Shown: positions 36,651 through 44,815 of the stretch, one piece after another
How positions within the stretch are numbered: position 1 is the stretch's first letter
Layout of the letters: every line of letters begins with the position of its first letter
Source of the DNA: Octopus bimaculoides
Taxonomy: Eukaryota
Direction of reading: 5' to 3'
Assembly: GCF_001194135.2 (NCBI RefSeq)
Contig: NC_068985.1
Span: 10,016,762 to 10,061,576 of the forward strand
Length of the DNA: 44,815 nucleotides
Made by a program: the position numbers and the translations under genes
Notes under the pieces: generated by a model
Seen by the model: only the letters and a program-made list of their open reading frames with translations
What the model was told of the DNA's origin: nothing
The model's database searches: none

Positions 36651-37205
36651 TATTATTGTTGTTGGTTTGATAATCCTGGACACGATCTGAAGAGCTCAAT
36701 GAAATAGATTATTACCGAATTCTTCTGGTTAAATTTTTTTCTTAAATTATTTCGCAAACAAGAGACTTAGACATTTTGTATGTTTGTTTCATTGCTTATG
36801 GTAGAAAGATCTTATCTAAAAGATTTAATTTTCTGGAAATCTCGGCATGACTTCACCTGGAGGAACAAGCGGAGATAGCCACATCTTCCCTCACAGTTAA
36901 TAAAATAATTTCGTTTTTTTATTATCCATACGGACTAACAAAGAGGAGACAGCAGACTATGACGGGGGTTGTAGTACACATATTATGATAATAAAAATTT
37001 ACAATTGCACTGGAATCGAATGTGACACAAGAACATTTTACATACAAAAATTAAACAATGAGGTATTAAAACAGGAAACTCCGATCCCACGAGCTCTGTT
37101 TCTCTACCGACACCTTTCTGACGTGTTCACGCAGGGCCTTTCTTTCCTAACATGCGTGCCACACCTCTCTCGCAATTGCTACTACTACGAGAAAGCAATT
37201 CTTAC

Positions 37206-37339
37206 CTTCTTCCGTAAGGAACTCGGGTGGGTCAATTGTTCTGCAACCATAAACGCCTGTTGGCCACACGAGCTCTCGCGCTTGCCTTGTTTTGAACTTT
37301 AATGTATTATGTATGAGCTGCTATTTGATTGGCTATTGG
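37206..37339 (-). promoter_or_regulatory. Candidate promoter and first exon: two CCAAT boxes, ATG at 37250, strong donor
   Basis: CCAAT at 37328-32 and 37335-39; MVAEQLTHPSSLRKK ends at AAG|GTAAGA. Confidence 0.2.
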
Positions 37340-37437
37340 TGTGATACGTATATGCTGTGTGGGTCGTATTGTAGTGACGGGGACTTACGTCTGTTGTTTT
37401 TGTTTGTGTTGTTGTTTGTCATCCTTAATGCTCCAAT

Positions 37438-38157
37438 TATTCTTTTACTTGTTTCAGTCTTTTGCCTGCGACCATGCTGCAGCACCGCATTTAGTCGAAG
37501 AAATCAACCCCAGGACTTATTCGATGTAAGCCTAATACTTATTCTATCGGTCTGCTTTGCCGAACCGCTAAGTTACGGGGAGGTAAACAAACCAACGTCA
37601 GCTGTCAAGCAATGGTGGTGGTGGAAACAAACACAGACACACAAATACATAATACATATATACGATGGGCTTCTTTCAGTTTCCTTCTACCAAATCCACT
37701 TACAAGTCTTTGGTCGGCCCGAGGCTAAAGTAGAAGACCTTGGCTAAGGTGCCACGTAGTGGTCTGAACCCGAAACCATGTGGTTTGGAAGCAAGCTTCT
37801 TATTTCTTTATTGCCCACAAGAGGCTACCTCCGAAAGGATGAAATGCAAAGTCGACCTCGACGGAATTTGAACTCAGAACATAGCGGCAGACGAAATACC
37901 TATTTCGTTATTGCCCACAAGGGGCTAAACATAGAGGGAACAAACAAGAACAGACGAACGGATTAAGTCGATTACATCGACCCCAGTGCATAACTGGTAC
38001 TTAATTTATCGACCTCCGAAAGGATGAAATGCAAAGTCGACCTCGACGGAATTTGAACTCAGAACGTAGCGGCAGACGAAATACCGCTATGCATTTCGCC
38101 CGGCGAGCTAACGCTTCTGCCAGCTCGCTGCCTTCTTACCACACAGCCACTCCTGCG
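37438..38157 (-). mobile_element. SINE family B interrupted by a family A insertion (37803-38132)
   Basis: B head resumes at 38133; 6-bp TSD TTCTTA at 37797-802 and 38133-138. Confidence 0.9.
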
Positions 38158-38628
38158 TTTATTTCTGGGTAATATTTCTTTTTCGTTTAAGGCCAGTGGA
38201 CTACAGAATCTGTAGAGAGCTTGATAGTATTCTTCAGCATTCAAGTACCTCATTATCATTATTATTCCGTGTCTTTATCGTTATCAACATTTTTGAAAAT
38301 TGTTATGTTCACGTTTTTCAAACAGATTCATATGAAAATTTCATTATAACATCAAGTACACTTCTAAACTTCTCGAGTGTTTCCAGTAATCTAGTGTGTT
38401 ATAAGTTTTTGTTGTCGCTGTTGTTGTTTAACACCGGGTCAGGCCTAACTGAGCAGACATAAGATTACAGTTACATGTATGACATGATGGATAAAAAACT
38501 ACGTTATTCAATATAACTGTATTCATGAAGATAGTAGAGTGCGATCTAAGGAAGATTTAGCTGCTATTTCTAACAGGTGGAACTACTTCATAGAGGCTAA
38601 ATACACATTGTATATCTAGGACTACATT

Positions 38629-39012
38629 GTTGTTGGCACTCCGTCGCTTACGACGTCGAGGGTTCCAGTTGATCTGATCAACGGAACAGTCTGCTCATGA
38701 AATTAACGTGCAAGTGGCTGAGCACTCCACAGACACGCGTACCCTTAACGTAGTTCTCGGGGATATTCAGCGTGATACAGTGTGACAAGGCTGACCCTTT
38801 GAATTACAGGCACAACAGAAACAGGAAGTAAGAGTGAGAGAAAGTTGTGGTGGAAGAGTACAGCAGGGTTCGCCACCGTCCCCTGCTGGAGCCTCGTGGA
38901 GCTTTAGGTGTTTTCGCTCAATAAACACTCACAACGCCCGGTCTGGGAATCGAAACCGTGATCCTACGACCGCGAGTCCGCTGCCCTAACCACTGGGCCA
39001 TTGCGCCTCCAC
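38629..39012 (-). mobile_element. SINE family C, full length
   Basis: Perfect 11-bp TSD aggactacatt (38618-28, 39013-23). Confidence 0.95.
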
Positions 39013-39339
39013 AGGACTACATTATCGAATGTGCGTTTCCAATTTTATTGAGAGGAGATTATGACATTTAAGAGATTAGGCAGCAATTTCTGCTTTTGGG
39101 TCCACTGCGTAGAGCCCTTCTCTTTGGCTTACGTAGGCATTTTTGCTGTCAAATTGTAGCCCTAAGTCAAGTTTTATAGAGAAAACCAGAGGTTGTCATG
39201 GAAATTTTGAAGGTGAATACAAATGTGGCTTCCTATTATATTCCTTCAGATGTTATTTACAAGGCACCATCTTGTTAAATATAGGCAATTACGAGAGAAT
39301 GAGATTAAAAAAAAAAGAGTAAGAAGAAAGCAGAATCGA

Positions 39340-39480
39340 CGCCGATATTCGACGGGTTGTTTATTTATCGACCTCAAAAGGATAAACTGCGCAGTGACCT
39401 CGGTACACGTACAAATCCAGATCATTTACCGCCAGTTCTTCTATTCGATTCTTTAGCAACGCTGCCAATTTGCCGTATTA
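39340..39480 (-). mobile_element. Highly degenerate family A-like SINE
   Basis: tttatttatcgacctcaaaaggataaa...gctgccaatttgccg. Confidence 0.45.
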
Positions 39481-39907
39481 TGCGTGTAATAGGAAGCAGT
39501 AATAAACCGCTTCCGATTCCACCAACTGTCTTCTATTCTATGTAAAAATTGAACTTGGATACAGTAATAGGAAATCTTTAATATCGAACACATATAATTG
39601 TTCAGCGATTGGAAGAAATGAGAAAGTGAAAAAAAGGAGAACGACGTAATTTGATAGATTAATAAATAAAGCCTTTTTTTTATAGTTCATTTAGCATCCC
39701 ACAAAAAATACAGAAATATAATAAAACAGAAAAGATAAAAAATAATTTTTTCTTTCTCTATTTTATTATTTTCTATTTTATTATTTCCTTAGAGGTAAAA
39801 AAGTAAGAACAAAAGAAACTACCATCAAAAGCTATCTGCAGAAACAATTCCTTTCATTCGAGCGATTTTAATGTTTGATTTCTATTGCACGGTATCACGC
39901 TGTACTT

Positions 39908-39921
39908 GTTACCATGGTAAC
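39908..39921. promoter_or_regulatory. Perfect RFX X-box-type palindrome GTTACCATGGTAAC
   Basis: Matches the consensus GTTNCCATGGNAAC; lies in unique sequence. Confidence 0.4.
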
Positions 39922-40124
39922 ACTATGTGTACGGTTTTTGTTGTTTTTTGTCGTTGTTGAGCTTTACCAAAGTGGTTGAGGCGAACAATTTGTGTCGTAT
40001 TTTGTGTTTGTATTGGCACCATAGATACTATCTTTTAATATATCCAAAGTCTAACAGTGAAACTGTTCTCACATTTTAATACAGAGTTTGTGATTCAGCG
40101 TTTTATATTTCATTTTGGGATAAA

Positions 40125-40820
40125 GCGGCGAGCTGGCAGAATCGTTAGCACGCCGCGCGAAATGCTTTCCGGTATTTCATCTGCCGTTACGTTCTAAGGT
40201 CAAATTCCTCCGAGGTCGACTTTGCCTTTTATCCTTCCGGGGTTGATAAATTAAGTACCAGTTGTGTACAGGGGTCGATGTTATCGACTAGCTCCTTTCC
40301 CAACAAATTTCAGGCCTGTGCCCTTAATAAAAAGGATATTATATTTTGAAACAAGGCGGTGAGCTGGCAAAAACGTTAGCACGCCGGGCGAAATGCTTAG
40401 CGGTATTATTTCGTCTGTCTTTACGTTCTGAGTTCAAATCCTTCCAAGGTTGACTTTGACTTTTATCCTTCCGGGGTCGATAAATTAAGTACCAGTTACG
40501 CACTGGGGTAGATGTTATCGACTAGTCCCTTTCCCTACAAATTTCAGGCCTGTGCCCTTAATAGAAAGGATATTACATTTTGAAATAAGGGGGCGAGCTG
40601 GAAGAATCGTTAGCAAGACGGGCGAAATGTTTATCGGTTGTTCATCTGTCGCTACGTTCTGAGTTCAAATTCCTCCGAGGTCGACTTTGCCTTTTATCCT
40701 TTCGGGGGTCGATAAATTAAGTACCAGTTGCGTACTAGGGTCGATGTTATCGACTAGCCTCTTTCCCTACGAATTTCAGGCCTTGTGCCCTTAATAGAAA
40801 GGGTATTACATTTTGAAATA
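40125..40820 (+). repeat. Tandem trimer of family A SINE (about 230-234-bp unit)
   Basis: Units start at 40125, 40355, 40589 and share a private tail and spacer. Confidence 0.9.
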
Positions 40821-40904
40821 CATTTTTATTTTTTCGGGGCTAAAACCGTTGATGCGCTTCATACGTGTCTTTCATCCTCACTGTCTCTGTTACTATCTTT
40901 TATA

Positions 40905-41268
40905 TTTTACTTGTTCCCGTCATATGACTGCGGCCAAGCTGGAACACTGCCTTGAATCAATCGTAATAATTCTTTTCGTTTTTTAAAGCATGGTACCTAT
41001 TCTATAGGTCTCTTTTCTCGAACCGTTAAATTACGGGGACGCAAACACGTCAACACCGATTGTCAAGCGGCAGTGGTGGACATACACAAAGACACACGCA
41101 CACACATACATGTATACGACTGGCTTCTTTTCAGTTTCCGTCTACTACATCCATTCGCAAGGCTTTGGTCGGCCCGAGACTATAACAGAAGACACTTACC
41201 CAAGTGGGACTGAACCTGGAACCATGTGGTCGAGAAGCAAACGTCTTACAACACAACCACATCTGCGC
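40905..41268 (-). mobile_element. SINE family B, diverged
   Basis: Family match. Confidence 0.85.
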
Positions 41269-41799
41269 CATCTGTAAACAGCGACAGGCATTCGTCTACT
41301 TATACTGATCCTGTTTCCAAATATATAACACAAAAGTTTCTGCTGAGCAAACAAACAGCTATTGGTTGCTCTTTATGTCACTACACGTTCTGTTCGGACA
41401 TTACAACCACTAACAATCTGTATTTTTCTAGAAATAAAATATTTATTTTTCACACTCGCTCTTATTTTTATGTCCTTTCATCTTGTTTTTTTTCTCAGTC
41501 AGCTCAAACTTTCAATTAGCTTCTCACCAAAATACGTGTTGATAAATGTGTTGAAAACTTAATTAGTCTCAAACGATATCATACGATAGAAAATCAAATT
41601 AATTAAGCAATAATGACTAATATTACCAATGAAATTTTCTCGATTATTTTGTAAACAATAGGCTAGTTGAACGTTTATAGACAAACTCTGAAATACATAA
41701 TTTCTTTGCAAATCGAAGCTATAACAAATCATGGCTCCGATTTCGTTTCATGGTTATAGCGGTTCATCCGAACCATATCGATAGCCAGCCGCAGAATAA

Positions 41800-41915
41800 T
41801 ATGTGTGTGGCTGAGAAGATTTCTTTCTTACCTGCGCGACGGCATTCTACTGTAGGCCCGGGGGATACCTTGTGAGTAGATATGGTAGACGGAAACTGGG
41901 AGAAGCCCATCATAC

Positions 41916-41930
<15 letters not shown>
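41800..41930 (+). mobile_element. Degenerate family B 5' half
   Basis: ccttgtgagtagatatggtagacggaaactgggagaagcccatc. Confidence 0.7.
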
Positions 41931-41960
<30 letters not shown>

Positions 41961-41974
41961 GGTTTGGAGGTGAT

Positions 41975-42170
41975 GTACAGGTATATATTAGAAAAAATAA
42001 GGCACTCAGAGATCTGGATGGTTGTACATTTACAGATTTTTATTAATATGTCACATGTTTTTTATAAATCATAAATAGCGCTTGCATCTGTTCTAGTAGA
42101 ATCTCCAGATTCCAGTAGAATATGGAGACTCTACTGGAATCTTCAGTAAAATTTCAGTAAAATTGCCGTC
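41975..42170 (-). repeat. Possible solo-LTR-like fragment with a 13-bp hairpin
   Basis: Minus strand has TATAAAA, AATAAA and ends TACATCA; stem 42107-119 / 42130-142. Confidence 0.3.
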
Positions 42171-42706
42171 TGGAGTTGAAAATCCAACGTTTCGGATAAA
42201 GTTTCTTCTTCAAAGTAAAGTTGGCGGAAGGGAAATATAAGAAAGACAGAAGAGTTCTACATCCTCTACACATAAGAAGCTGACTGCAACTGGTGAGGAA
42301 CGCAAGGTAACGTGAGATTCATACGGAGAGTGGATGTAGGAGGAGAGTGAAACTGCGCGAGAGAGACAGAAGGTAAGAGAAATATAGTGAGAACGAGAAA
42401 GTCTCGAGGGTGAGGATGAGGCAGTGAGAGGGGAGTTGAAGGATAAGAAAGGGTTTAAGAGGTTGTGTAGGGATAACCCTTGTGAAATTTGATCAACCAG
42501 ACCATGCCCTGGCATTGATTTCGCTATCTTATTTTCAGGAAATATAACCTGCAAACTACATTATCTAATATGTTTTTCCTTTTTTTACAGATGATGAGAT
42601 GTGCTCCTAAAAGGAATTTGGTTGCTATTTTTAGCAGGTCGAGTAAACAAAGAGAGACTTCCACGATTGACGAGTTACTGTAGCAGGAAAAAAAAACATG
42701 GAGTAA

Positions 42707-43085
42707 GGCGGAGGAGTGGCTGTGTGGTAAGTAGCTTGCTTACCAACCACATGGTTCCGGGTTCAGTCCCACTGCGTGGCACCTTGGGCAAGTGTCTTCT
42801 ACTATAGCCTCGGCCCGACCAAAGCCTTGTGAGTGGATTTGGTAGACGGAAACTGAAAGAAGCCTGTCGTATATATGTATACATACATACATACATATAN
42901 NNNNNNNNNTGTGTTTGTCCCCCCAACATCGCCTGACAACCGATGCTGGTGTGTTTACGTCCCCGTAACTTAGCGGTTCGGCAAGAGAGACCGATAAAAT
43001 AAGTACTAGGCTTACAAAGAATAAGTCCTGGGGTTGATTTGCTCCTCGACTAAAGGCGGTGCTCCAGCATGGCAGTAGTCAAATG
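42707..43085 (+). mobile_element. SINE family B
   Basis: Family match. Confidence 0.9.
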
Positions 43086-43257
43086 ACTGAAACAAGTAAA
43101 AGAGTATGTCGGGTTATCCACAGACAGATACATTAGTTTGAGTGCTTGCAACAGATTGGTTTCCGTTAGAGTTACCCAAAAGTCAGGGAGACGGCTTTAA
43201 CGAATATAAAACCGAAAGGCAGATCAAGTTTATTATCTGAATATTTAGTCGTTTAAT

Positions 43258-43470
43258 GGCGGCGAGCAGGCAGAATCGTCAGCATGCTGGGCAAATTCTT
43301 AGCGATATTTCGCCCGTCTTCATGTTCTGAGTTCAAATTTCGCCGAGGTCGACTTGGCTTTTCATCCTTTCGGGGTCAGTAAAATAAGTACCAGTTGAGT
43401 ACTGGGGGTCAATGTAATCGACTTATCCTCTCCCTCTGACTTGCTGCCTCTGTGCGAAAATTTGAAACCG
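43258..43470 (+). mobile_element. SINE family A, diverged
   Basis: Family match. Confidence 0.85.
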
Positions 43471-44399
43471 ATGTTTAGTCGTACAACCGTAGATTATTTC
43501 TGATCGAATAGATTTACGAATAGTTATAACTGGGTCAAAAATAATCCGGCTGTAAAGTTGAAGTCCTTTCTCAGACATAGTGCATCTAGGCTTACACGAT
43601 CAAAATGTTTTCTTTCTTATTTAAGATAACTGGATTTAACTGGGTTGAGATCTGATCGCTGTTTGTAACGTGGCTGTTAGTAGCGTAGGGATGTTGGCGG
43701 TGGAGATGTTGATGTTGCTATTGTTATTTGACTCAATGTTGGTACTGATTGATTAAAATGCGTTCCAGATGTGACCACCCATATATTTTTCTATCATAGT
43801 GCATCTAAGACTTCACTTTTCTGTGTAGTCCTATTTTCATTAAAGCGGTTAGTATGATTTTAAAGAGATTAACTTCTACTCTAAGTCGAGCGACTGATTT
43901 CTTGCTCAGGTGCAAGGTTAAATGGGAAAAGTGACAATATATTTCATAGACGCCAAGTTTTAAATGGAAGTCGTTGAAAGGGCTGCTGAGAGATGAAGAG
44001 CTTAGAGGATGACTTCAGTATTCAAATACAGAATGTAACATAGAAATCAAATCACTGTTTCAGGTTTAGGAATCGATCCCTATAATTGATTGGTACTTTA
44101 TTTCATTTACTCCGACAGGCTGACAAGAATTGTTAACTTTGAAAGGATTTGAATTTACGCGAAACTAAATGGTCAATCTGTGGCCTTGACACAGTTTCTA
44201 TATTGTAAATCATTCAATACTATTTTTAATCGTTTGTGCAAATTCAGAAATGGTAGTTGTTCTTGTTTAGCATGTCATTTTTTTTTGTCACTGCGAATCA
44301 GTCAATGAATAGTTTGCTCTCTGACATTTTCATCAGATGTGAAAAGCTATTAAATGTATTAGCCTGGATTTCTTAAATTCCTACTTTCTCTAACCCTAA

Positions 44400-44609
44400 A
44401 CACATACACACATACTCACATACATACATACATCCACGCATACATACATACATGCATACATACATACATACATACATACGTACGTACATACATACATACA
44501 TACATACGTACGTACATACATACATACAAACCTATCTACGTACGTACGTATGTACATACAGACTGACAGAAATACATACATTCACAAATCTTTCTCTTTC
44601 TCTCTCTTT

Positions 44610-44643
<34 letters not shown>

Positions 44644-44815
44644 TACACACATACTCACATACATTCATCCACGCATACATACATACATACATACATACAT
44701 ACATACATACATACATACATACATACAAACAAACCTATCTACATACATACTCACAAACCTTTCTCCCTCTCTCTTTCTCACACATACACACATATGTATA
44801 CATATATATATATAT
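44400..44815. repeat. Compound (CATA)n/(CA)n/(CT)n block present as two tandem ~240-bp copies
   Basis: catacacacatactcacatac..catccacgcatac and aaacctatctac each occur twice. Confidence 0.85.

Noticed and set aside
36985-37302. 105-aa plus ORF
   Set aside because: Non-ATG start, no homology; signals favour the opposite strand if anything

Overview
AT-rich (about 2.5 kb in 10 N-gaps), repeat-dominated eukaryotic scaffold, not prokaryotic. The SINE families resemble those I recall from Octopus genomes; this is an inference I cannot check here. No host gene is recognisable by homology, and only a few low-confidence exon or promoter candidates exist. The window consists of microsatellites, at least six tRNA-headed SINE families (labelled A-G here, local names only), decayed non-LTR retrotransposons (Dong/R4-like RLE, RTE-like), three Penelope-like element (PLE) fragments, four Tc1/mariner elements and two small MITEs. 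The most notable observation is a short tRNA-headed, (AAT)n-containing element carrying a minimal type-I hammerhead ribozyme motif of the PLE kind. At 33137-33547 it has a near-perfect 153-bp inverted terminal duplication, the insertion architecture typical of PLEs, suggesting a PLE-mobilised, ribozyme-bearing SINE. Other points of interest: a GIY-YIG ORF with TGA at a zinc-ligand Cys position, a mariner built from two left ends, an inverted SINE triplication, a tandem SINE trimer and a perfect RFX X-box palindrome. Repeat boundaries were read by eye and may be off by a few to tens of bases.
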